Shown here in pieces: positions 49,312-58,101 of a DNA stretch of 64,000 nucleotides. The stretch is from Micrococcus sp. (GTDB lineage: Bacteria; Actinomycetota; Actinomycetes; Actinomycetales; Micrococcaceae): NCBI RefSeq assembly GCF_030523875.1, contig NZ_JAUNHR010000001.1, forward strand, positions 360 through 64,359. The letters are read 5' to 3'. How positions within the stretch are numbered: position 1 is the stretch's first letter; each line of letters starts with the position of its first letter. The notes below the pieces were generated by a model. That model did no database searches, was not told the origin of the DNA, and saw only the letters and a program-made list of their open reading frames with translations. Position numbers and translations under genes: made by a program.

Positions 49312-49397
49312 CAGGCCGCCGGGGCCCCACCTGCTGCCAGGGGCCCCGGCGTCGTGGGCGGGGGGCGGGGAGGCCGCCGCCGGTCATGCGGTGATGC

Positions 49398-49739
49398 TCA
49401 GGCGTCCTCGCCGCGGGAGGCGCGCAGCTTCTTCAGCTGGATCTGGAAGGTCTCCTCGAGGTCCTCCATGGAGCGGCGCTCCAGCAGCATGTCCCAGTGG
49501 GTGCGCACCGGCTTGCCCTCGTTCTCCTCCGGCTTCTCGCCGTCCACGCGGAGGGCCTCCTTGCCGGTCTTGGAGGTCCACGTCGCCGGGACGTCCGCCT
49601 CGACGGCGAAGGTCACGAACACCTGCTCGCCGTCCTCCGTGCGGTACTCGACCCGCTGGCGGGGCGCCGGCTCGACGCCGGCCTCGGACTCCAGGGACTG
49701 CGCCCCCAGGCGCATGCCGCGCAGGCTGCGATCGCTCAT
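49398..49739 (-). CDS. rbpA: RNA polymerase-binding protein RbpA
   Basis: MSDRSLRGMRLGAQSLESE...APRQRVEYRTEDGEQVFVTF...PVRTHWDMLLERRSMEDLEE is collinear with M. tuberculosis RbpA. Confidence 0.85.
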   Translation of the reverse strand: MSDRSLRGMRLGAQSLESEAGVEPAPRQRVEYRTEDGEQVFVTFAVEADVPATWTSKTGKEALRVDGEKPEENEGKPVRTHWDMLLERRSMEDLEETFQIQLKKLRASRGEDA

Positions 49740-49837
49740 CTGACCTCCTCGTCGGGCCGCGGCGCCGGGGTCCCGTGCGGGACGCTTCCGGGCCGCCGCG
49801 GCGGCTCACTTCTTCCTCGGTGCAACCACCGATCCTC

Positions 49838-51001
49838 TCATGCCATTCCCGGGCCCCGGCGGCGCTCGGGGTCGACGGCGGGCAGGGGGTCCTCGAGGCC
49901 CGCCGGCGTGGCCAGGGCCTCGTCCAGCGTGGTGTCGTGCAGGGCCTCCGGGACGGCGGTCCCCGCGGTCAGCGCCTCCGGCACCCCGGCGGCGCGCAGG
50001 GCCTCGGCAGTGGTGGGCCGGCCCTCCCGCGGGCCGCGGGTCCGCTCGGTGCCGCGCGGAGAGGAGCCGCGCCCACCGCGACGGGCCGGGCGGGCGCCGT
50101 CGTCGTCCGCGTCCTCCGAGGAGGACCCGGCGTCCCGGCCGGGGCCGAACGCGTCCCCGAGGCCCTCGAGGGCGCGGGTGAGCTCGGCCGGGACCACGAA
50201 CATCGTGTTGGAGGTGCCCTCGGCGATCCGGGGCAGCTGCTGCAGGTACTGGTAGGCCAGGACCTCGGAGTCGGCCTCGCCCTCGTGGATCGCGTCGAAC
50301 ACCACCTGGATCGCCTCGGCCTCGGCGTTGGCGCGGAGCACGCGGGCCTGGGCGTCGCCCTCGGCGGCGAGGATCTGCGCCTGGCGCTCGCCCTCGGCGG
50401 TGAGGATCGCGGCCTGCTTGGTGCCCTCGGCGGTGAGGATCGCGGCGCGACGGTCGCGCTCGGCGCGCATCTGCTTCTCCATGGAGTCCTGGATGGACAT
50501 GGGCGGGTCGATCGCCTTGAGCTCCACGCGCGAGACGCGCAGGCCCCAGCGGGTGGTGGCGTCGTCGAGGACGCCGCGCAGCTGGGAGTTGATCGAGTCG
50601 CGGGAGGTCAGCGCCTCCTCGAGGTTCATGCCGCCCACCACGTTGCGCAGGGTGGTGGTGGTCAGCTGCTCCACGGCCTGGATGTAGTTGGCGATCTCGT
50701 AGGTGGCGGCCTTGGCGTCCGTCACCTGGAAGTAGACCACCGTGTCGATCGAGACAACGAGGTTGTCCTCGGTGATCACCGGCTGCGGCGGGAAGGAGAC
50801 CACCTGCTCGCGCATGTCCACCTGGGGGAGCATGCGGTCGATGAACGGGATGATCAGGGTCAGCCCGGCGCCCGCGGTGCGCTGGTACTTGCCCAGGCGC
50901 TCGATGTTCGCGGTCCGGGCCTGGGGGATGATCTTGACGGACGAGGCCAGCACGACGATGACCAGGACGGCCAGCACCGCCAGCACGATGAGTGTCTCCA
51001 T
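49838..51001 (-). CDS. SPFH/band-7 (stomatin-like) family protein
   Basis: METLIVLAVLAVLVIVVLASSVKIIPQ... SPFH domain plus an Ala/Glu-rich coiled coil and an Arg/Gly-rich tail. Start at an internal Met of the long ORF. Confidence 0.8.
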   Translation of the reverse strand: METLIVLAVLAVLVIVVLASSVKIIPQARTANIERLGKYQRTAGAGLTLIIPFIDRMLPQVDMREQVVSFPPQPVITEDNLVVSIDTVVYFQVTDAKAATYEIANYIQAVEQLTTTTLRNVVGGMNLEEALTSRDSINSQLRGVLDDATTRWGLRVSRVELKAIDPPMSIQDSMEKQMRAERDRRAAILTAEGTKQAAILTAEGERQAQILAAEGDAQARVLRANAEAEAIQVVFDAIHEGEADSEVLAYQYLQQLPRIAEGTSNTMFVVPAELTRALEGLGDAFGPGRDAGSSSEDADDDGARPARRGGRGSSPRGTERTRGPREGRPTTAEALRAAGVPEALTAGTAVPEALHDTTLDEALATPAGLEDPLPAVDPERRRGPGMA

Positions 51002-51038
51002 GGGGTTCCCTTCGATGGGTTGGTCGGGGACGGACGGG

Positions 51039-51515
51039 TCAGGGACGCGGGGCGTCCCAGTCGATGACGGGAGCCGCGCGGACCACCAGGTGGGCGCCGG
51101 CGACCTCGAGGACGGTGACCTCCTGGCCAGGGGCGGCGGGGCGCGCGCCGGGCTCGATGCGGGCGGACCAGGTCTCGCCGTCCACGGTGAGCACGCCGGA
51201 GTCCTCGGTGACGGGGGAGTCGGCGGTGAGGCGGCGGCCCACGAGGCCGTCCAGGTAGGAGGCGGAGGCGCCGGTGTCCTTGCGCAGGTGGCGCAGGGCC
51301 ACGGGGCGGACGGCGGCGAGCATGAGCAGGCTCGCGGCGGCGAACACCGCCACCTGCACGCCGACCCCCGCACCCGCGAGCGCGGCCGCCCCGGCCGCGG
51401 CGGCGCCGGCGGCGAGCATCACGAGGACGAGGTCCAGGGTCAGCAGCTCCACGCCGGCCAGCACGACGGCGGCCGCGAACCACAGCCATCCCGCGTTCGC
51501 CTCGAACCACTCCAC
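51039..51515 (-). CDS. NfeD family membrane protein (SPFH partner)
   Basis: N-terminal TM helices plus a C-terminal OB-fold (VLTVDGETWSARIEPG). Immediately upstream of the SPFH gene. Confidence 0.75.
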   Translation of the reverse strand: MEWFEANAGWLWFAAAVVLAGVELLTLDLVLVMLAAGAAAAGAAALAGAGVGVQVAVFAAASLLMLAAVRPVALRHLRKDTGASASYLDGLVGRRLTADSPVTEDSGVLTVDGETWSARIEPGARPAAPGQEVTVLEVAGAHLVVRAAPVIDWDAPRP

Positions 51516-51724
51516 GCGATCGACCTCCCCGTCCGTCCGGGCACTGCGGGCCGGCCGCCCGCGACACTGCCGCCGGGCCCGGTCCCTGCGCGTCGCCCGT
51601 GGGCGGACCCGGTCGGACCCGTGCCCCCATCCTGCCCCACGGGGGCCGCGGGCGCACCCGTGGGCGGTCTTCCGGTGGAGGGACGGGGGACGGGCGGCGC
51701 GTCGACGGCGCTAATGTGACGTGC

Positions 51725-53827
51725 ATGACATCACCGACCGAGACCGCGTCCCCCCTCCTGCAGCCGATCACGGTGCGGGGGAGGACCCTGCCCAACCGCG
51801 TGGTGATGGCCTCGATGCACCTGGGCCTCGAGGACCGCGTGGAGGACCTGGGCGCCCTCGCCGCCTTCTATGCGGAGCGGGCCGCCGGCGGCGTGGGGCT
51901 GATCGTCACCGGCGGCCTCGGCGTCACGCCGGAGGGCACCGTGTCCCCGGGGGCGGGGCTGCTCGCCACCGCGGCCGACGCCCGCGCGCACCGGGCCGTC
52001 ACGGACGCGGTCCACGCCGCCGGCGGCCGGATCCTGGCGCAGCTGCTGCACACGGGCCGCTACGCCCGCGGGGCGGACCTGGTGTCCGCCTCGGCCACCC
52101 GCGCGCCGATCTCGCGCCACACCGCGCACGAGCTCACAGCGGCGCAGATCGAGGAGCTCGTGGCCGCCTACGCACGGTCCGCCGCCCTGGCCCGGGAGGC
52201 CGGCTACGACGGGGTCGAGGTCATGGCCTCGGAGGGGTACCTGCTGAACCAGTTCCTCGCGCCGGCCACGAACCACCGCACGGACGCGTACGGCGGGGAC
52301 GCCGCCGGACGCCGCCGGTTCCCCGTGGCGGTCGTCGCGGCCGTGCGCGAGGCGCTGGGGGAGGACGGGCTGCTCTCCGTGCGCACCTCCCTGACGGACC
52401 TCGTCGCGGACGGCCAGGACGGCGAGGAGGTCCTCGCCGCGGCCGCCGCCTTCGAGGCCGCCGGTGCGGACCTGCTGATGACGGGCATCGGCTGGCACGA
52501 GGCGCGCGTGCCCACGATCCTCACCTCCGTGCCTCGGGCCGCCTTCCTGCAGACCACGGCCCGAGTGCGCGCTGCGGTCGGGATCCCCGTGATCGCCGCC
52601 AACCGCCTGACCACCCCGGCCGACGCGGAGGAGGCGCTGACCAGCGGGGCCGCCGACCTCGTGGGCCTGGCCCGCCCGCTGCTGGCCGACCCGGAGTGGG
52701 TGCGGACCATCGGGCGGCCCGGCGCCGAGCACCTCACCCCGTGCATCGCCTGCAACCAGGCGTGCCTGGACCACGTCATGGTCGGCCGGCCGGTGAGCTG
52801 CCTGATGAACCCGCGCGCCGGTCGGGAGACCGACCCGCGCTACGCCCGCCCTGTCCCGGTGCCGCTGGAGCGGCGTCGTCGCATCGCCGTCGTGGGCGCC
52901 GGTCCGGCGGGGCTGACCGCGGCGCACCGGGCCGCCCGGTTCGGCCATGAGGTGACCCTGTTCGAGGCCGCCGAGGAGATCGGCGGGCAGTTCCGCCTGG
53001 CCCGTCGCATCCCGGGCAAGGAGGAGTTCGAGCCGGCCCTGGAGCACCTGCGCGCCCGCGCGCTCGCCGCCGGCGTGGAGCTGCGCACCGGCGCGGCGAT
53101 ATCGGCCGGCACGCTGCTCACGGCCGACGGCGCCCCGGTCTTCGACGAGATCTTCGTGGCCACGGGCGTGCGTCCGCGGCCGGTGGAGCTGCCGGGTGCG
53201 GCGGAGCCCGGTGTCCCGGCCGTGCACGCGTACGACGACGTCGTCTCCGGGCGCGTGGTGTGCGGTCCCCGGGTGGCCGTGATCGGGGCCGGCGGTGTGG
53301 GCGTGGACGTGGCCCAGCTGCTGGCCGCGCCCGAGGGGGAGCGACCGGGGGAGCCGGAGACGGTCGGGCACTGGCGCGCCCGCTGGGGCGTCACCGACGA
53401 CCCGTCCGTGCGCGGCGGCCTGACCGCCCGCACACCGCGCACGCCGGCCCGGTCCGTGGTGCTGCTGCAGCGCTCGCCCGAGCCGATCGGCGCCCGGCTG
53501 CGGCCGACGTCGGGCTGGGTGCACCGTGCGGAGCTGGCCGCCCTGGACGTGGAGCGGGTCAGCGGGGCGACGTACGAGCGGCTCTCCGGGGACGGGCTCC
53601 ACATCACCGTCTCCGGGGACGACCCCGAGACGCGCGCGTCACGGGTGCTGGACGTGACCGACGTGGTGGTGTGCGCCGGCCAGGAGCCGGTGGCGGAGCT
53701 GGCCCAGGAGCTCGTGGCCGCCGGGTACCCGGCGGAGGCGGTCCGGGTGATCGGCGGCGCGGCCGAGGCCCGGGAGCTGGACGCGTACCGGGCCATGGAC
53801 GACGCCGTGCGGGCCGTGTCCGGCTGA
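51725..53827 (+). CDS. fadH: NADPH-dependent 2,4-dienoyl-CoA reductase (OYE-like TIM barrel plus FAD/NAD(P)-binding domains)
   Basis: OYE N-terminus (RVVMASMHLGL, HTGRYA), 4Fe-4S Cys cluster CIACNQAC, GAGPAGL dinucleotide motifs. Confidence 0.8.
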   Translation: MTSPTETASPLLQPITVRGRTLPNRVVMASMHLGLEDRVEDLGALAAFYAERAAGGVGLIVTGGLGVTPEGTVSPGAGLLATAADARAHRAVTDAVHAAGGRILAQLLHTGRYARGADLVSASATRAPISRHTAHELTAAQIEELVAAYARSAALAREAGYDGVEVMASEGYLLNQFLAPATNHRTDAYGGDAAGRRRFPVAVVAAVREALGEDGLLSVRTSLTDLVADGQDGEEVLAAAAAFEAAGADLLMTGIGWHEARVPTILTSVPRAAFLQTTARVRAAVGIPVIAANRLTTPADAEEALTSGAADLVGLARPLLADPEWVRTIGRPGAEHLTPCIACNQACLDHVMVGRPVSCLMNPRAGRETDPRYARPVPVPLERRRRIAVVGAGPAGLTAAHRAARFGHEVTLFEAAEEIGGQFRLARRIPGKEEFEPALEHLRARALAAGVELRTGAAISAGTLLTADGAPVFDEIFVATGVRPRPVELPGAAEPGVPAVHAYDDVVSGRVVCGPRVAVIGAGGVGVDVAQLLAAPEGERPGEPETVGHWRARWGVTDDPSVRGGLTARTPRTPARSVVLLQRSPEPIGARLRPTSGWVHRAELAALDVERVSGATYERLSGDGLHITVSGDDPETRASRVLDVTDVVVCAGQEPVAELAQELVAAGYPAEAVRVIGGAAEARELDAYRAMDDAVRAVSG

Positions 53828-53878
53828 GGGACGGCTCGTCCTGGTGCCGGCCCGCTCCCCAGGGCTAGCGTTCCCGGC

Positions 53879-54424
53879 ATGGCTCTCATCTACACCGCAC
53901 AGCTGGACCCGGACAAGAACGAGTGGATCCGCCTCGCCCTGGTGGGCCGCGGCGAGCCGGCGGACGTCGCCTTCGAGAAGGTCGGCTCCTACCGGTTCGA
54001 CGACCCCGAGGGGGAGATCGGCGTCGAGGTGATGATCGTGCGCGTGGGGGAGCGCCTGGTGCAGATCCCCTTCTCCTATCGCTCCGCCGAGCCGGCCGAG
54101 GGTCAGGTGGTGACCACCGCCGAGCACTCCGTCCTCGGGCGGCGCTGGATCGTCGACGCCGCCACGGACCCGCAGGCGCGGGACATCCTGCGCCGCGGCG
54201 TGGCCGGGGAGCTGCCCCAGGCGGTCCTGGAGATGCATGACGAGTCCGGTTCGTACCTCGAGACCCGCCAGCCGGACGTGACCCTCACGGTCGTCGGCGA
54301 GGGATCCGGGGGAGAGCTCGACCTGACCACCGAGCTCGATCCGCGCGCCACGGTCGACGGCGTCCGGGCCCTGGTGGCCGACGGACGGGACTTCAGTGCC
54401 CTGCCCGTCGCACGCCTGATCTGA
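53879..54424 (+). CDS. hypothetical protein
   Basis: 181 aa (MALIYTAQLDPDKNEWIRLALVGRGEP...). High-GC3 codon usage. No motif I can assign. Confidence 0.5.
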   Translation: MALIYTAQLDPDKNEWIRLALVGRGEPADVAFEKVGSYRFDDPEGEIGVEVMIVRVGERLVQIPFSYRSAEPAEGQVVTTAEHSVLGRRWIVDAATDPQARDILRRGVAGELPQAVLEMHDESGSYLETRQPDVTLTVVGEGSGGELDLTTELDPRATVDGVRALVADGRDFSALPVARLI

Positions 54425-54889
54425 CCCGCGCGCGGACGTCGGCGACCACGGCGCTGACCGAGTGCTGTGGAGACACATACCATTCACAGGTTACTGGTGG
54501 CGGCGAAGGAGGCGCATGTGCGTGCGACGGCGGCGCCGAGTCCGGGCGACAGCACACCGGAGGTGCCTGAGCGTCTCTGGTCGTCCGGGGGATCCGGAGG
54601 CTGGTGCGGGCGTGGCTCCAGGATGAGACGCACCCGGCGGCCACGGGCTGAGCGGCTGCACGAGCTGGTCGGCGGCCCGCGGCCGAGTGCTCGGCCGACC
54701 ACGCACCGGACGGTGCGCAGGGATCAACCGTGGGATGTGGGGTGAACGTCCGGATCGGCATCTCCGCGCCGATCCCGGAACCGCCGATAATATACATTAT
54801 GTCAGGTCAGCCGTGGAACGGCTCCCCTGGGGGCGCGTCCCCGCGCGTCGTGACTGGCCGAGCGCCCGGACGTGGCGCACAGTGGTCCC

Positions 54890-56506
54890 ATGAACCCGAA
54901 GACCCTCGCCGCCGCGGCGGCCTCCGCCCTCGCCGCCGGTGTCACCGGCGTCGCCGTCACCGACGTCGTGCAGAAGAGGCACGCCCTGCGCCGCAACTTC
55001 CCGGTGCTCGCCCGAGCCCGGTACGCCCTCGAGCGCATCGGCCCCGAGCTGCGCCAGTACATCGTGGCCAGCAACGACGAGGAGCGCCCGTTCAGCCGCG
55101 ACCAGCGCAGCTGGGTGTACTCGTCCGCCAAGGGCGCCAACAACTACTTCGGCTTCGGCACGGACAACAACGTGGAGAACACCACGTACCCGGTGGTCAA
55201 GCACCGCACGTTCTCCGATGTCGCGCCGCTGTCCGCGCTGGCGCTGGACCCGTCCGAGACCCTACCCAGCGCCAAGGTCCTCGGTGGACCCCGGGGTCGC
55301 CGCCATGCGTTCCGTCCGACGTCCGTGGTCAACGTCTCGGCCATGTCCTTCGGCTCGCTCAGCCAGCAGGCCATCAAGGCCATCAACCAGGGCGCCGCCC
55401 AGGCCGGCTTCATGCACAACACCGGCGAGGGCGGCCTGTCCGACCACCACCGCCAGGGCGGCGACCTCATGCTCCAGATCGGCACCGGCTACTTCGGCTG
55501 CCGCGACGAGCAGGGCAACTTCGACCTCGAGCGCCTGGCCGCCGTCGTCGAGTCCGCCCCCGTGCGGGCCATCGAGATCAAGCTGAGCCAGGGCGCCAAG
55601 CCTGGCCTGGGCGGTCACCTGCCCGGCGCCAAGGTCACCGCCGAGATCGCCCGCATCCGCGGCGTCGAGGAGGGCAAGGACGTGGCCAGCCCCTCCCGGC
55701 ACTCGGCGTTCTCCTCCGTGGACGAGATGCTCGACTTCGTCGAGATGATCGCGGACCGCACCGGCCTGCCGGTGGGCATCAAGTCCGCCGTCGGCGAGCT
55801 GGACTTCTGGGTGGAGCTGGCCGAGCTGATGGCGGACGGCACGCGCGGCGTCGACTTCATCACGATCGACGGCGGCGAGGGCGGCACCGGCGCCGCTCCC
55901 CTGGTCTTCTCCGACAGCGTCGCGTTCCCGTTCCGGGTGGCGTTCACCGAGGTCTACTCGATCTTCGCGTCGCGCGGCCTCCAGGACCGTGTCACCTGGA
56001 TCGGCGCCGGCAAGCTCGGCCTGCCGGACAACGCGATCGTCGCCTTCGCCCTCGGCGTGGACATGATCCACGTGGCGCGCGAGGCCATGCTCGCCATCGG
56101 CTGCATCCAGGCGCAGAAGTGCCAGACGGACAAGTGCCCGGCCGGCGTCGCCACGCAGAACCCCTGGCTCGCCCGCGGTCTCGTCCCCGAGGACAAGGCG
56201 CCGCGCCTGGCGCGCTACGTCCAGACCCTCCGCCGTGACCTCCTCAAGGTGTCCGAGGCGGCCGGAGTGCCGCATCCGGGCCTGCTCGGCCCCGACGACG
56301 TGGACTTCGTGGAGCACACCCGCAAGCACGTCTCTCTGCGCGAGGTGTACGGCTACGAGGAGGGCTGGGGCGTGCCCGGCCGCGAGATCGCCGACGAGAT
56401 CACGCGGATCATGGTCCGCGCGGAGGCCGGCCGTCCGGCCGAGGACGAGGTGGTCCAGCACGAGCAGGTGCCTGAGGATGACACGGCTGACACGACCACC
56501 CAGTGA
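54890..56506 (+). CDS. FMN-binding glutamate synthase family protein (GltB central-domain-like)
   Basis: GEGGLSDHH, KLSQGAKPGLGGHLPGAKV and CIQAQKCQTDKCPAGVATQNP match the GltS_FMN family. Alternative GTG start at 54872. Confidence 0.8.
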   Translation: MNPKTLAAAAASALAAGVTGVAVTDVVQKRHALRRNFPVLARARYALERIGPELRQYIVASNDEERPFSRDQRSWVYSSAKGANNYFGFGTDNNVENTTYPVVKHRTFSDVAPLSALALDPSETLPSAKVLGGPRGRRHAFRPTSVVNVSAMSFGSLSQQAIKAINQGAAQAGFMHNTGEGGLSDHHRQGGDLMLQIGTGYFGCRDEQGNFDLERLAAVVESAPVRAIEIKLSQGAKPGLGGHLPGAKVTAEIARIRGVEEGKDVASPSRHSAFSSVDEMLDFVEMIADRTGLPVGIKSAVGELDFWVELAELMADGTRGVDFITIDGGEGGTGAAPLVFSDSVAFPFRVAFTEVYSIFASRGLQDRVTWIGAGKLGLPDNAIVAFALGVDMIHVAREAMLAIGCIQAQKCQTDKCPAGVATQNPWLARGLVPEDKAPRLARYVQTLRRDLLKVSEAAGVPHPGLLGPDDVDFVEHTRKHVSLREVYGYEEGWGVPGREIADEITRIMVRAEAGRPAEDEVVQHEQVPEDDTADTTTQ

Positions 56507-56539
56507 CCGGTCGACAACGCCGACCGGGGCGCACGGGGG

Positions 56540-57193
56540 TCACTGCCCCGTGCGCTCCAGCCGTGCGAGGACCGGGAGCAGTCCGTCCAGGACGAGGCGG
56601 GTCTCGTTCCAGAACCCGTGGCGCAGGCGCGAATGCACCGCCTGCTGGCTGACTCCGAGCTCCGCGGCCACCTCCCGCTGGCTCAGCCCGGCGTCCACGA
56701 GGCGGCCTGCGGCCTGCTGGGGCACCGAGCGCCGGGCCTCGAGCACGGCCACCAGGTCCAGGGCGGCCTCCACCATCCGCAGATCCGCCGCCAGGTCGGG
56801 GTCCGCGGCGGCCCTCCCCTCCAGATCCGCCCCCAGCACGACGGCGGTGCGTCCGTTGCGACGGGCCGCCCGCGCCACGGCGGGCCCCGTCTCGCGGGGC
56901 GGCTCCGTGATGCCATCCGTGGGTGCGCCGACCGTGTCCGTCCGCCCGGCGATCACGAGGGCGCCGACCCATCGCCGGGACCGCACGGCGCTTAACAGCA
57001 CCCCGACGGCATCCGCCCCGTCCGCCATGCCGCCGACGAGGACGCCTCCGCCGACGCCCTCGGCCGGGAGGGTCCGGAACGGGGCCGTCATGCTGCCCGT
57101 CGCTCCCCTGCAGTTCAGCGCCTCCTGCAGTCTGACGGACTCCCCCTCCGGCCCGCGCAGCGCGACGTGGAACACTGTCTCCTCCTGTGACAA
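56540..57193 (-). CDS. HTH-containing putative transcriptional regulator (sigma-70 region-4 / LuxR-like C-terminal HTH)
   Basis: C-terminal LSQREVAAELGVSQQAVHSRLRHG. I cannot assign the N-terminal ~140 aa. Confidence 0.5.
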   Translation of the reverse strand: MSQEETVFHVALRGPEGESVRLQEALNCRGATGSMTAPFRTLPAEGVGGGVLVGGMADGADAVGVLLSAVRSRRWVGALVIAGRTDTVGAPTDGITEPPRETGPAVARAARRNGRTAVVLGADLEGRAAADPDLAADLRMVEAALDLVAVLEARRSVPQQAAGRLVDAGLSQREVAAELGVSQQAVHSRLRHGFWNETRLVLDGLLPVLARLERTGQ

Positions 57194-57251
57194 CGGTAGG
57201 ACCTTGTCTCAGGGGTCCAGGGTAGACGATGCCCGGCCGCGCTGTGCGGTG

Positions 57252-57713
57252 ATGCCCGAGAATTGCCCCATGGACACCGCCCGACCCATGCCTCACTCCT
57301 CCCGAGATCCCCACCCCGAGGACCGTCCGCGCGACGGCCGACCACCGGCCCACCCGTCGGCACGCCCCTGGCTCGCGCTCGCGGCGGACCTCGCGCTCGT
57401 CGTCGGGTTCGTGGCCGTCGGCCGACAGGAGCACAGCACCGCCGACGGTCTGATCGGCCTCCTCGTCACCGCCTCGCCCTTCCTCGTGGGTCTGCTCGCG
57501 GGCTCCCTGCTCACGCGCTTCCCCCGTTCCTGGGATCGGCTCTGGCCCCACGGGGTCGTCGTGTGGCTGACCGCCCTGGTCCTCGGGCTCGTCCTGCGGG
57601 TGTGGTGGGGCCTGGGCGGCGCGCCGCTGTCCTTCGCCCTGGTCGCGGCCGGTGCGCTCGCGGTGGTCCTCCTGGGCCGTCGGGCGGTCTCCCGGGTCAT
57701 AGGATCGAGGTGA
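57252..57713 (+). CDS. DUF3054 family membrane protein
   Basis: RPWLALAADLALVVGFVAVGRQEH...LIGLLVTASPFLVGLL..., four TM helices. Start uncertain (ATG at 57252, 57270 or 57288). Confidence 0.5.
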   Translation: MPENCPMDTARPMPHSSRDPHPEDRPRDGRPPAHPSARPWLALAADLALVVGFVAVGRQEHSTADGLIGLLVTASPFLVGLLAGSLLTRFPRSWDRLWPHGVVVWLTALVLGLVLRVWWGLGGAPLSFALVAAGALAVVLLGRRAVSRVIGSR

Positions 57714-57738
57714 CCCCGGCCCCGACGGAAGGAACCCC

Positions 57739-58020
57739 ATGGTCACGGCCATCGTGATGATCAAGACGGACAAGTCCTCCATCCCGGAGACGGCGCAGAC
57801 GTTGGCCGCGCTGGACGGGGTGAGCTCGGTGTACTCCGTCACCGGCGCGTGGGACCTCGTCGCCATGGTCCGCCTGAAGCGCTACGACGACCTCAGCGAT
57901 GTCATCGCGGACCAGCTCTCCAAGGTCGAGGGGATCCAGGACACGGAGACGATGCTCGCGTTCCGCACGTACTCGTCCGAGGACCTCGGCGAGGGCTGGG
58001 CCCTGGGGTTCGACGGCTGA
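57739..58020 (+). CDS. Lrp/AsnC ligand-binding (RAM) domain protein, stand-alone
   Basis: MVTAIVMIKTDKSSIPETAQTLAALDGVSSVYSVTGAWDLVAMVRLKRYDDLSDVI is the AsnC_trans_reg pattern without an HTH. Confidence 0.75.
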   Translation: MVTAIVMIKTDKSSIPETAQTLAALDGVSSVYSVTGAWDLVAMVRLKRYDDLSDVIADQLSKVEGIQDTETMLAFRTYSSEDLGEGWALGFDG

Positions 58021-58101
58021 CCGCCTGCCCTGACGCGACGACGGCCCCAGCCGAGGTCTGATCCTCGGCCGGGGCCGTCGTCGTGATGGTCCGTGCCGCG
58101 C

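Noticed and set aside
54467-54745. 92-aa ORF in the large intergenic gap (METHTIHRLLVAAKEAHV...).
   Set aside because: Codon usage is atypical for this genome (many A/T-ending codons), the product is Arg-rich with no motif, and there is no RBS. Treated as non-coding. The region is kept as a finding.
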